Notes under the pieces: model-generated
Told to the model about the DNA's origin: nothing
The model's input: only the letters and a program-made list of their open reading frames with translations
Databases searched by the model: none
In this document: piece by piece, positions 19,113 to 32,284 of the stretch
Numbering within the stretch: the first letter of the stretch is position 1
How the letters are laid out: each line of letters opens with the position of its first letter
Position numbers and translations under genes: made by a program
NCBI GenBank assembly: GCA_963716395.1
Contig: OY970309.1
Location: 2,272,001 to 2,336,000, forward strand
Direction of reading: 5' to 3'
From: an uncultured Fibrobacteria bacterium
GTDB lineage: Bacteria > Fibrobacterota > Fibrobacteria > UBA11236
DNA length: 64,000 bases

Positions 19113-22100
19113 TCACTTCAACAGGATCATTTTTTTGGTGGCGACGAATTTTCCCGCGATGAAGCGGTAGAAATAAGGCCCCGAAGCCGCCAATTGGCCC
19201 CGGTTGGTGGTGGCGTCCCAGGTGAGGGAGTAACGTCCGGGTTTCAGGGGATTGTCGGGCCGGATCAAGGTTTTCACCACCCGGCCGCTGAAATCGTAGA
19301 TGATGAGGCTGACGGGAGTCTCGTCTTTGAGCGCGAAGCGGATGAAGGTGACGGGATTGAACGGGTTGGGAAAATTGCCGTACAGCGCGGTTTGCAGGTT
19401 GTCGGCCGGTGCGGCTTTGACCGGGCCGTAGAACGCGGCATTGCCCTGAAAGTCGACGGCTTCGAGCAGGTATTCGTAATACGAAGGACCGTATTGGGAA
19501 AGCGGGTCGAGATAGGCGTAAGCGCGTGTGGCGCTGGAGCGGCCGTCGGGCGCGCCGGGCAGAAGGTCGGTATTGAGGCGGACGTATCCCAGGGATTTGA
19601 GCGAGTCCTCGGTAAACGACAATTCCATGGGGATGGGCAGCGAATCGCAGAGGGCGCCGGTCAAGGTATCGGGCCGGGGCAGCGTGCGGCGCCAAACGTT
19701 GTAGCCCAGGTTATCATATTCGCTTTGCGTGACCCAATTGAGGCCGCTGTGGCCGCCCGTATCGGCCGCGGTGTAAAGCAGATTCATCGTGACCGCCAAA
19801 CCGTTGGCGTGGCTGATGTAAATATCCTGAATTCCTCCGGAAAAGGTGTGGTTGAATTGCAGGACTACGTCGCTGTTGGTGTTATCGAGAGTGGCGTTGT
19901 ACTGATATCCCGGCACCTGGGTTTGGTTGTTGACGATGACGTAATTGGGAATGCCGCCAAACGTCCAGCCGGTGATTTTGAACGCGGGCTTCACGCGCGG
20001 CGTGGTGGCGTCGAAACGGAAATGCGCGATGCCGCTGGAGGCGGCCTGGTACACGAAGGCGCCTTCGCCTTCGGCGAATCCGTCGCCGTTGAAATCCAGG
20101 GCGTCGCCCGTGACCAGTGAACCCGTGATGGCCGTCATGAGCTGGCTCGACACCTGCGGGCTCGACAGGGCGGAGTCGAGGCTGGCCGAATCGGAATAAT
20201 TGCGCGCGATGTCGACCATGTAATTGGTGTACACGCCGCCGGCCGATACGTTGGTTTTGGTGTAATACCCGTTGAGCAGCAGCGCCGTTTTCGCGGTCGA
20301 ATTGTCGGTGCTCGACACCGTGCTGCCGTTCATCACCACGCTGCCGCTGCCCGGTTTCACCGACAGCATGGAAAGGCCCAGGCTGTGGAAATACAGATTC
20401 GTATTGCCGCCGAGACGGCCGGCTTTGCCCGTCGCGGCCGTATATCCCAAAACGGATTCGTTGGAGTCTTCGTTGGCCAAGCCTGTGAGCACCACCTCGG
20501 TGCCGGTGGCGTCGGCCGAGAGCGAGGTCCACTTGTGCGAAATGAAGAGTTTGCCGGTGGGGTAGATGGTGAAGGTCCGTTCCAGGGTGAGATTGGGCGA
20601 TGCCACGTTCAGGGAGGCGGCATTGATCTTGACCTTGAGCCGCGTCGACGAAGAGTCGAGAATGGTATAGGTGAGGGGATTGGGCGAACTGTAGTCGTTG
20701 CCCGAGGTGTATTTGGTCGTGCTGTTATTGTCATAGCGCATGAGGTCGAGGGTGTACTGGCCCGGCCCCGTCAAGTCGGTGGCCTGGGACAGGGCCAGGT
20801 AGGGGCTGATTTCGGAACTCTTCCACGAGAAGATGCCGCCGTCGCCGTCATTGGTCGTGGTCGACCCGTTGAGGTCGATGATGAGTTCCCATTGGTTACT
20901 GCCCGCGGCGCCGAAGACCGTATCCGGGAAGTTACGCACTTTGAGCCAATGATCGGCGGCGTCGTAGGTGGTGACCAAGGCGGGCATGAGCGACGAGGCT
21001 CCCAGGTAGCCGGTGGAGTCGTCGTCGTCGATGAACAGGTTGGCCTGGGAGGTGGTGATGGTCTTGTTGAGCTGCAAGACCAGCTTCGATCCGAAACTCG
21101 ACACCGCCTGCAAAATGGTGTCGGATACGAAGTCGACCAAAGGCCGCAGGCGCGTGCCGTTGAGGTAGACGTAATTGGGCGTGCGGCCCGCGAACCAGTT
21201 GTCGATATAGAACATCGGTTGCACATGCACCTGCGGGGCGCTGTCGTTGAGGACGAGATCGACGCGGTTGTTGTTGTCGGCGCGCACGCGGTTGAGTCCA
21301 TCGAGCGGGTCGAAGCCGCGGCGGTACAGCGACTGGATTTCCTCGGGCGAAAGTTCGCGCTTGTAAATGCGGATGTCGTCGAGCACGCCTTTAAAGCGGT
21401 CGACCGATCCGCTGCCGGCGTTTTCGCCGAAATGCAGATTGCTGCTGTTGGCCACGGGCGCGGCGATGGAGGTGCCGGCCGCCACGCGTATGCCGTTTAC
21501 GTATCCGTAAATCTGGCCGCCGCTGGTGACCGTGAAGATGACGTAGTTCCAGGCGTTGTTGTTCAGCGCCACGGTGACCGAACCCGACCCCATGTTGAAG
21601 GTGACCTGATTTTGTCCCGACACCTTGCGCACGAAATAGCCGTTCGCGGTCGAAGTGCCCTTGTCGATGAAGTACGCCGTATTGCCCATGTTGGTGAAAT
21701 CGGGATCGACCCAGAAGCACAAAGACCAGTCTTGATACCCGTCGAGGGAGTCGGCATTGCCGTTGACCGACACCACGTCGGTGGTGGCCAGGCTCAGCCC
21801 GCCGGCCCATTTGCCGGTGGTCCAGGTGCCGCCAGTCAAGGCGCCGTTGTGTTGAAAGTACACCGCCTTGTCGCGCACGGTGGTGCCCGAAGCGTCGTCC
21901 AGGGGCCAATGCCCGTACAGGGCGTCTTGCCAGGAGCGCTCGCCCCAATTTGCGCCCGTATACACATGCAGCGGCAATGCGGCCGTGGCTTCGGTGTACA
22001 GCGACGCGGTCTTGGCATAAGTGGGCGTCTTGTCGCCGAGGTACAGCAAAAAAGATTGGGTGCGGATTTGATGCGGCGCGAGGGAAGCCATGGCCGTGGT

Positions 22101-25100
22101 TTGCCATTTGACGAAACCGCCCGATCCCGCAGCCGTGGATTGCGCCCAGGATTCGGCGGCCGCAGCGCCGGTGTCGAGCGGCAAGGTCGCCAGCACGGCC
22201 AAGCCCCGCGTCGCGGTGGTGAGATATCCGAAGCCGTTATCGCTGCCGCCGTTGCCGTAAGCTGCCGTGGCGTTGTTTACCGTGGTGGTATAGGCCACCG
22301 TATCCATCGCCACGGTGCCGGCATAGAGGTTGCGCAATTGCGACTCGACGTAGATGTGGCCCGAAGGCAGAATGGTGTAATAGACGTCGAGGTCCATACT
22401 GGCCGTCACCGCCAGCCGCTGCCACACATACGCGTAAGCCCGGTTTTTGGCCAGGAGTATAGGGGTGATGGTGTTGGAGGTTTGTGCCGAGGCCTTGTAG
22501 CTGCCGATTTGCACGTCGAAGAGCAGCGAATTTGCGGCCAGCAAATTGGTGGTGGTGTCGCCGCCGTCGTACAAGGCGTCGATGCCGCCGCCACGCGCCT
22601 TGTCGAATACGATTTTCCAGTCGGCGTTGCGCACCGTGACCGTGCTCGCGGTGGTCGACGTGATGAGGGTGTCGAAGTTGCCGCTGGTGGTATTGCCGTA
22701 TCCCGTGCCTTCGTAAACCCCGATGTCGGGCGCCGCGCCCGTCGGGCGCGCATCGCCGTACAGATCGTGCGAGGTGGTGACGCTGTACCCGCCGCTGACC
22801 AGACTCGCGGTGCCGGCGTCGATGGCCGGCGACGTCGGCAGCAGTTTGCCGAAGTTGTAATCGCCCAAAGTGGTGGAAGCCAGCAGGGGATCTTTGATGA
22901 TTTTGTTGGCATCGGTTTCGCCCGCCACTTCGTCGCCCGTGGTCACCTGCCAGAACAGATTGTTGGAGACGAGCCCGATGTCGCTGGAATACACGTTGCG
23001 GATTCCGTAATTGAAGTTGTAGAAGATGTTATTGGTGACGGTGCTGCTGGTATAAGTCGCGTTGCCGTCATAATGAAAACCTTCGGTGGCGCCGCCCGAT
23101 CCGAAGAACAGGTTGTTGACGAAGTTCTGGTTGCGGCCGTTGTAGACGCTGATTCCGTAGCTTGTGGGTTGGTAGCACAAATTGTTGGCGACCAGAATGT
23201 TCTGATTGGTGGAGCTGGGAATGTGGATGCAGGTTTGGTGTTTGGTGCTCCCATTGTTGAATATCCGGCAACCATCGACGGTGATGCCCGTGCCGTTATA
23301 GCGGATATAAATTCCGTCATAACCGTTGGTGCCCGCCTTGATGTCCAGGTTGCGCAACACAATGTTCGAGTTGGCGGCTACGGTGTAGTAATAGGTGCTG
23401 GAATTCTCGCTCACGCTGCCCGAGCCGTTAAGAGTGGGGCGGGTTTGCCCGTCGAAAGCCTGGATGATGGTGGGCTTGGCGTTGATGGTGAAGGAATTGT
23501 CGGTGTAGGTGCCCGGCAGTACGCGTACCACCACGGTATCGTTGGCCGTGCAATTGCTCACGGCGCTGCTGATGGTGAGTTTGGGCGTGGCGGGATTCGC
23601 GGCCGTGGCGCAGGAGTTGGCGTCGGAACCGATGGCCGAGTCGACATACACGGTGTCGGCGCCGTACAGGTTCTGGAAAATGTTGGCGGTGTCGGAGGAC
23701 GAAGAGTTGATGGGCGACCATTTGCCGGCCGTGTTGTGGATGGCCAGCCCGAAGTAATAGGTGTTGGGATAGGTGGCCGGAACCAAATATGTGGTGTCGG
23801 TGGTGGAAATCGCCTTGCGCGTCACCAAGGTTCCCACGCCCGCGCTGTCGGGGAAATAGGTGTTGCTGTACGCCGTCGAGGTCGCTTGGTATTTGACCCA
23901 GATGCCGATCGAGTCGGCGTTGGTCGAGTCGGTGATGCTCGCACCCCAACTGCATTGAATGCCCCCAACGGCGGCATTGCAGGTCAGCACGGCGTTGTTG
24001 TCGGGGCCGGGTCGGCTGTTCCAGAACACGTTACCCGTGGCGCGCTGGGTTTGATAGCTCAATTTGATCCAGTTAGAGTCGCGCACGGTGTTGGCGATGG
24101 CGACTTCGTCGAACTTCCCCTGGTAATACGCGTCGGCGCTCCAATTTGAATGACCCAAGAAATTGCTCGTGCGGGTGATCACATTGGGTGGCAAGGCTGA
24201 AGTTCCGCTTTGGATCAAGGAACCGTTCTTGTACATCTTGATAGCAGTTCCATTGAAGGTGACCGCGAAATGGGCCCAAACTCCCGTGGCGAGCGCGCTG
24301 GTCGCGTTGACAGCTATCCCGTCGCTCGAGCCATTGTAGACGTCCGCGCTCCAAGTAGTGCCGGTGCTATTGCGCCCCGACCAAAGGTTATCCGAATGCG
24401 TTCCATTGCCGAAGTCAAATAGCCGCGCGTAAGATCCGGTACTCGCCCAATAGGCCCAGCCGGTGTAAGTGAAGCCGTTGGACCAATCCGCAAACCCGGA
24501 GGGAGCGCTGAGGTATTTACTCACACCGTCCAAGCTATCGCAACCGGCGATGATGCCGCCGGTATATTCGCTGCCGGTGTAATTGTTGGTGGTCAAACTC
24601 AGGCTGTTGGCCGTGGCATCAGGGCGCGACCCGGTGCCGCTGGTATTCAAATGCCAATCGGCTACGTACCCATTCGCGGTGGAGAACACGCAGGTGCCGC
24701 ATTGGCCGTCAGGCACGGTGACGCCCGAGGCCTGTTGGTAATACAAGGTGATGAAATCATGATCGCTGTTGCCGTCGATCTGGGGAACGAGTACCCATAC
24801 TTCGGCGCTGTCGGGCGATGTGCTCCATCTTTCGATTTGGTAGTTCAGCCAAGTTTTGCCATCGCCGTCGAGAAAGCGAATATCCGGGGCGTTGGTCTGC
24901 ACCGCCGCGGTGATGCCGCCTCCGGTGATGCGCACCAGCAAAGGGAAATTGGTCACGTTGCTGAGGACATTGGCGCCGGTTTTGGTGGTGTTGAAAATGA
25001 ATTTCTTGGTGTGCTGAAAATCCGATGGGCTGGGGTTGAACAAGGGCGTGGCGTCGGTGCGCTGATTCTGGTAGGCGAGTTTGATCCAGTTGGAATCGCG

Positions 25101-28100
25101 CACCACGTTGGACACTTCGATCTCGTCGATAACCCCGTCCCAATACCGGGAGTCGGTCGCGTCGCCGACGCGTCCGACCTGCATCACCGTGGGCGTTTTC
25201 GAGGTAAAAGCCACGCCGGATATGGTGGATGAAGCCACCATGGCCCCGTTGACGTACAGCTTGGCGGAACCGGTTCGGTCCCAGGTGGCCGCGACATGGG
25301 CCCAAGCCCCCGCCGTAGCCGTCCCTCCCGTCAAGTTTCCGGTAACGCCGTCGGTCCCATCCTGGTAACTCAGATTATAGCCCGTGCCATTGATGCCGAG
25401 ATTACATTCGAGTGCATCGGTACCGTTGATACCGAGCCCGTTATAGGTTGTCGCCGTAGTCCCATTCGATTCGTACATGGTCACCATCGTGCGAACCTGA
25501 TCGGGCTTCACCCAATGCGAAATGGTGCCGGTAGTCTTGGGCCATTGCAAGGTGTGGGTGAAGTTGTCCGCTTGCGTTGCGCTTGCGTCTCCGGCAGTGC
25601 CCCCCTGGAAATCGAGGCCGCGACCAATGACTCCCGCTACGGTATGGTTGCTGGTGTTGTCGTTCGTAGTGTTGTTCTTGTAGGTGCCGTTCTGCGCAGC
25701 GACCACTTCGGAAACGGTGGCGCTTGCGGCCGTATCGTTCATATGCCACACGCCCGTGAACCCATTCGCGGTACTGAACACGCAGGTGGCGCATTGGCCG
25801 TCAGGCGCGGTGACGCCAGACGCCTGCTGGTAATACATAGTGATGTAACTGCTGGTGCTGTTGCCCGCGATTTTGGGAACGAGCACCCAAATCTCGGCCG
25901 AATCCGTCGCCGTGGTTTTCCAGCGTTCGATTTGATAGGGCAGCCAGGTCACGCCGTCGCTGGCGAGAAAGCGAATGTCTTGCCCGGCGCTTTGGCAGGC
26001 GCCGATGATGGTCGAACCGGTGAGGCGGATCAACACAGGAAAGTTGTACACGTCGCCCGCCACATTGGCGCCCGTCGAGGTGGTGTTGAACTTGAAAATT
26101 TTGGAATGCTGAAATGAAGCCGTGGTGACGGCTGTGGTCATGAAGGTACTGTTCGGTTTTTGGTTTTGGTAAGAGAGTTTGATGTAATTCGAGTCGAGGG
26201 CAGCGGTGGTATTGCTGAGTCGGACTTCGGAGATTTCGCCGTTGAATTGCCGGCCCGTCTGTCCCAGGTTTTCGCCGATGTAGAGATCGGCGCTATTCGT
26301 ATCCACATTGCCGGTGACCGAGATTGCAGAACCGTCTTTGGATCCATCGACAAACAGTCTGACATTCGACCCGTCATAGGTGCCGACGACATAATGCCAA
26401 TTGCCGTCGGCTACGTTCACGGCGGAAGAAGAGGTACCGTACGCGATTCCACCGATGGAGATCGCGAAATAAGCCGCGTTGGAAGTGTTGTTTCGTTGCA
26501 GCCGGTAAGCATTATCGGCTTTGGTGACGATGGCCTGCCAGGTTTTGGTCCAGGCCGGTATCTTGACCCAGGTCGAAACGGCGATATTGGTGGTGAAGTT
26601 GTAATTGCTTTCCTTGGGGATGTCGATGTAATCGGTGCTGCCGTCGAATACGAGAGCCGTTTGCGTGGTGAGCCCCGCAATATTGGCCATGTTCTTGAAA
26701 TAGGTGCCGTTATTGGCCAAGGCCGTGGCGTCATAGGCCTTGTCCTTGGTTCCCTCCAGATGATAGACCGACTTGTAATTCTTCCACAGCGAATCGGGCC
26801 GCTCCTGCGGGTTGCCCGAGCAGGCGGCGCAGCCGTAATACAATTTGATGTAATCGGTCGATGAATTGCCGTCGACTTGCGGTACCTTGACCCAGACTTT
26901 TCCGTTCTGGTTGGCTTTGTCCCATTGCACGACTTCGTGGTACAGGCGCGTACCGTCGGGGTCGACGAAGAGAATATCTTTGGCGTCGTCGCGCACCTTG
27001 GTGAAATCGAAGTTGGAACTGGAAAGCGTCACCAGAATGGGAATGTTGGTGACATTGGCGGAAACGTTGGCGCCGCTGGAAGTCGTATTGAAATTCAGAA
27101 TAACCGAATTGGTGTAGTCGCCGCTGGCATAGCCCACGGTCACGGCTGTTGCTCCTCGCACCTGGGTTTGGTAACAGAGCTTGACCCAATCCGCGGAGCG
27201 CACCGTGGTGCTGATGCTGATTTCGTCGAGGCCGCCGTTCCAATAATTGCTGCTTAGGAATTCGCCGATGTTCAGATTTCCCGTGCCCTTGTAAACGGCG
27301 CCGGCGGTGCGGCTGTTGTTATAAACTCCGTTATAATAAAGCGTTTGCAGCTTGGAGGAACTGTTAAATGTTGCGGTCCAGTATTGCCAAACTCCCGTAT
27401 TGGTGTTGGTTGCCGAAGAGTTTAAATCGTCGTTCCATAAACCCAATGTGAAATAGTCGGTATTGCGATAACCGAATTGCAGCCCGCTGTCGTTGACGCC
27501 GCCCCCTTGGCCGATGAGGAAGTTGAGGGATCCCGTGGCCGCACGGTTGACCCAACCGCTGAGGGTGAAGCTGCCGTTGGCGATATTCACATTGGCTGTG
27601 GCCGAAGGCGCGGTCAAATATTGCGTCGAGCCGTTGAAGGTTTGGCCTTGGGCGATGTCTGACCCGACCTGGGTTCCGCTGGTCATGGCCGTGCCCGTGG
27701 CCGGGCTGCGACCCACGGCATCGGCATAACCAGCGGTAGTGGTGTTGCCGACCTCGTTCAAATGCCAGTCGGCGATGAACCCGTTGTTGCTGTTGAATAC
27801 CGCCTGCCCGCTGCTTAAACTCGTGGCGGTGTTTTTGCCCCAATACATGTTGAAATATTGGCTGTTGTTGTTCGCATAGACCGTATCCACCAGCACCCAG
27901 ATTTCCGCCGAGTCGGCGGTATTGCTCCAGCGTTCAATCTGGTACGGCATCAAGGTTCCGTCGGCTTTGGCGAAGCGAAGGTCGCCGCCGTTGGCCTGGG
28001 CCTGCGCAAAATTGAAGTTCGAGGCGTTCAGCCGCACCAGTAGGGGAAAGCCGGTGACATTGGTGGTGGTATTGGCGCCCGTCGCCGTGGTGTTCACATA

Positions 28101-31100
28101 CACCTTGGTCGTGTAGGACCAGGTCGATAACGCGGTGTTGGGGTACGAAACCGCGACTTCGCCGCTGGGCTTCTGGGTTTGATAATCGAGCTTGATTTGA
28201 TCTGCACTGAGCGCGCTGTGAATGAAGCGCACTTCATCCAAAACGCCGTTGAAGAAGTAACTGGTCGGCAAAGGCGACCAGAAGGTGAGCGCATCGTATC
28301 CCGCCCGCCAGTAACCGCTGAAGTTCTGAGCCGTGGTCGTGGTGGGATCGCTGGCGACTTGCGCGCCGTCCACGAACAGCATTTCGCCGGAGCCGGAAAG
28401 CTGTGCCACCACAAAATGCCAGGCGCCATCGTTGTAGGCGGATGTGGAACTGATGATTTTATTGCCTACTCGGAGCGACGCCGAAGTTGAGCTTGCCGGT
28501 ATTGTCCATCCAAACCATGCGGTCGTAATTGGCGCTGGCCCCGGTTTTCGCATCTCCGAAACCCAAAATTTTTCCGCCGGAGGTAGGTGCTGGTTTTGAA
28601 CCAGGCTCAAATGGTGAAGGTATTGGGGTTGGAAAACTGAGTGGTGGTGGAGACGTATTTCGAACTGCCGTCGAGTTTGTACCCATAGCTGATATCGGCG
28701 CTGACACTGTCGCCGGTGACGCCGCCCTGGGCCGTGCCGTTATTGCCGTTGCCCGAGGCGTCGGTGAATTGCGGCGCGGTGCCGCCGGGGCTTTGCTGCA
28801 AGTGGTACACGCCGACATAGGAACCGAACACGCTCGCGTCGCTGCTTTGGCTGGACGCGCTCGGCCGGCCCCAATACATCTTGATGTAATCCGTATTGGA
28901 GTTGGCGTCGACCTGCGGCACCTTCACCCACAGCCAGGCTTTTTTATTCGTGTAATCCCATTTCTCAATCGAATAGGAAAGTACGGTGCCGTCGGGATCG
29001 GTGAAGCGAATGTCGGATCCGTCGGTTTTGGCTTGCGAGAAAATGAAGTTGTTCGAGTCGAGTCGCACCAGCATGGGATAGTTGGTGATGTTGGTTGAGG
29101 TGTTGGCGCCGGTCGAGGTGGTGTTGAAATTGATGGCGGTCGAATAGGCCCAGGCCGAATAATCGAAAGTCCAATTCGTGTTAGCGCCGCCGTTGGTGCT
29201 GTTATCCGCCGCGCCTGTGGAACCTCCCCCGGCATTGCTGCCCGCGATGTTGGCGTAGTTGGCGCTCAAGGCTCCGGCTACGGTCAGCGTCCAGGCCGTG
29301 GCGTTCATGTCCAAGAGATTTCCGCTTTGACCCGTGAAGCTGGCGTTGCCGGCTACCGTAAGGGTTCTGCCGTTCAAGTTGGAAAAGCTGGTGGTCGCGC
29401 CGTTGGTCACCGTGAAGTTGCCGGAACTGGTCGTGCTGATGTTCTGCCCGTTGAAATTCAAAATACCCGCGCTTTGCGTGAACGAAAGGCAGGTCAGCGC
29501 GTTGGTGGAAAGTTGCAGGGTGCCGGCTCCGGTGTGGGAAATATTGGGATGCGTGGCGCCCGAGTTGGGGGTGAAAGTTTGTGTCCCCGAGCCCGCAGTG
29601 AAGGCCAAGGTTCCTGTTCCCACCGTTAAGGTGCCCAGGTTGGAGAGGTCGGCGTTCCCCGAAGTAACCTGCACGGTACTGGAACCGAAATCCATGGTTC
29701 CGGCGGCGGTAGAAATGGATGTGACGGAATGCGTGAATCCGCTACCCCATTGCCAGGTGCCCGAGGTCAAGGTAAAGGCGCCGGCGGTTAGCGCGTTGGT
29801 GGCCACGGCCACGGTTCCCGAAGACCCGGATTTGGTGATGGCGGGAAAGGTGGCCCCGGATTTGGGCGTGAAGGTTTGCGTGCCGGAATTGCCGGTGAAG
29901 GCGAGCGTGCCCGTACCGGCCGTCACGGTTTGACCGGAAACAAAAGTGGCGTTGCCCGTATTGATGGTCAAGGTGTAAGACCCGAAATTAAACGTGCCGG
30001 TGTACCCGGTAAAATCAATGGAAGCCGCGGCTTGGCTGGCCGACATCGTGGCGTTGGCATTGGCATTGGAGCCGCTGCCGTTGAAGGAAAGGTTGAGACC
30101 CGTGGAGGAAATGGCCGTGCCGCCCTGGAACTCGTCGAACACAGCCACGCCCGTGAGTCCGGAATTGTGGGAGCAGAGCAACAGGCCGATTTGAGAATTG
30201 GCATTGGTGCTCACCACGGTTTGCGTCGTGTTTTGCTGGGTCCAGGTGCTGGCCAACGAGGTTCGGTAGTAGGCGCTCACCGAAGATCCGCTTTTGACCA
30301 GACGCAGCCAGACCGGGAGGGTCACCGCCGAGCCGCTGATGCCGATGGACGCCAATTGGCCCGCCGTGGTGGTGCTCGCCTCGAATTCGAGTTTCAAATC
30401 GCCGCGCACGGCGATCCCCGCATAGCCGCCCGAATTATTCGCCGTCCCCGGTCCCAGGACCGTGAAGTCATTCGCCATGTAGATGCCCGCCTTGGCGGCG
30501 GTGTTTGTGTTGTAAACCGAATCGACCCGTACCGTCACATCGAAATCGCCCGTGATATCCGCGCGGCGCAAGGCCGTGAATTCGTTCGTGGTCTGCCAAA
30601 GTTCCGAGCCGCGCCCCTGGATAGTCAGACGCCCGTACTTCGTGGTTTGGTCGCACGTGCCCGTGCCCGCATTGTTGTCCGCGTCCTGGCAGGTCCATGA
30701 GCCGCCGAGGGTGGTGGACGAGAAATCGTCGTCGGTGGTGGAGGCGGGTCGGCGGCCCGTACCGTCAGCGTTACCCGTCCAGTTATACGCCTTACTGAAA
30801 TCGGTACTGGAAGTCAGCACATCGTTGCGATTCCAATAATAGGTGTTGCCTTGGGTGGAACCATATAAGACGGGAGTGGCTCCCGCCACTTGGGTTTGAT
30901 AATTGAGTTTGGCCCAGTCGGCGCTTCGAGAAGAGGAGGAAATTTGCACTTCATCGAGGGAACCGTTGAATATTTCGGTTGTGTTGGCCGCGCTTGGGAT
31001 GCCGAAACGCAGGTAGGTGGTGTTATTGTTCACCGTCTGGGTCACGCTGGTATTGGCAGTTCCCGCCGAAGTCCCGTTAATGTATAGGGTCTGAGTCCCT

Positions 31101-32044
31101 CCGGAATAGGTTCCCATGATGTATACCCAGGTACCGGCCGAATATGCGCCGCTCTTTTGCCAATCCTTTGCGTTGCTCTCGCTACCCACGCGATACCACA
31201 TCGAACCATCCGAACGTGCTTTGAATGTCCAACCAACGCCGCTGGCATCGTTGGGATTTTTGTCGACGATTTCCTGGTTCGCCAAGCTCGTCGCCTTCAT
31301 CCAGAACGAAACGGTTTGCGAACTGGCCGAACCCGGCCAAGGTCCGAAGCCCAGGTAACTGGCTGAGCCGTCGAAGGCGGTGCCGTTTCCGATCACTCCA
31401 GCCACCTGCCCTGCTCCTGCATTCGTCATACCCCCCGCCGCCGAATCATTGTAAATACCGGTTGCGTCTCGGTAATTGCCGACGGAATTGCTGCCGGTCT
31501 CGCCTAAATGCCAAACCCCAATGAAACTGTTTGAAGTCGAAAACACCGAAGAAGCGCTGGAGGCATCGCTTTGTCCGCTTTTGCCCCAGTAAATACGGAT
31601 GTCCGTGGTTGAGTTTCCCGCAACGCTGGGCACCAGCACCCAAATATCCGCCGAGGTGGAGTTGGTCCAATCCTCGATTTGATAAGACAAGGCCGTGGAC
31701 CCGTCGGAACTGGAAAAGCGCACGTCGGCGCCGCCGGAAAGCGCCCCGCTCAAAATGTCGCTGGCGAAGAAGTTGGTGAGGCGGATTAACACCGGATAAT
31801 TCGTCTGGGTAGTCGAAACGTTGGCGCCGCCGCCGGTGTTGGTCGTATTAACGGTGAGCGTCTTGTATTTTGCCCAAGTGTCATAGGGACCGGCTTGGGC
31901 GATGGCGGCGATCCACAACACACTCGCGCCAAGCCAAATCCAGGAGCGGCTGGGTAGTCGCAATGTCTTCACGCCTCGAAGATGGCTTCGAGCCCGGGGG
32001 AAAAGTTCTTCCCAGCCCTTGGCGATATTATTCCTCAAATGCAT
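19113..32044 (-). CDS. Giant secreted multi-domain lectin/adhesin-like protein (6x DUF2341+LamG, ConA-like domain, beta-solenoid repeats, beta-helix, extra LamG, FlgD/T9SS-type tail); interrupted at 28467-28609
   Basis: ORFs 28607-32044 and 19113-28610 join through one LamG domain if the TGA at 28607-09 and extra bases at 28585 and 28467 are corrected (12930 nt, 4309 aa). Signal peptide ending IAQA; C-terminal LYGNFPNPFNP...YFYRFIAGKFVATKKMILLK. Confidence 0.85.
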
Positions 32045-32284
32045 TTCGCCTCGACCGGCGACATGCCGGCGTGGACTCCTGATTATGGCCTAATTGTAAA
32101 GGATGGGGCTTGCCGCTCCTCCCGTTCGCGAAGCGGCGTTTGAGGTTTTTTAAAACCGGGACTTGCGAATTGACTCAATCATTTCACAATGGTCAGGTTA
32201 AATCCGCATCACTTTTCTCACCGTAAACCCGCCGAGAAATCCCTGGGAAAAGGCCGTGGGCGAAGGTGCTACATTCCCGGCGTG

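Noticed and set aside
18979-19695. N-terminal 240 aa of the 602-aa ORF 17887-19695
   Set aside because: Overlaps the giant gene's C-terminus in another frame and is low-information; the real start is about 18978.
20385-24149. 1254-aa plus-strand ORF
   Set aside because: Antisense shadow of the giant gene caused by GC3 bias; no motifs.
24669-25818. DGR template/variable repeat pair
   Set aside because: Both copies are in-frame coding parts of tandem units, differences are not adenine-specific, and no reverse transcriptase is in the window.
28607-28609. In-frame TGA as selenocysteine or Trp readthrough
   Set aside because: The position is not Cys-like, two frameshifts follow within 145 bp, and TGA is a normal stop in many other genes here.
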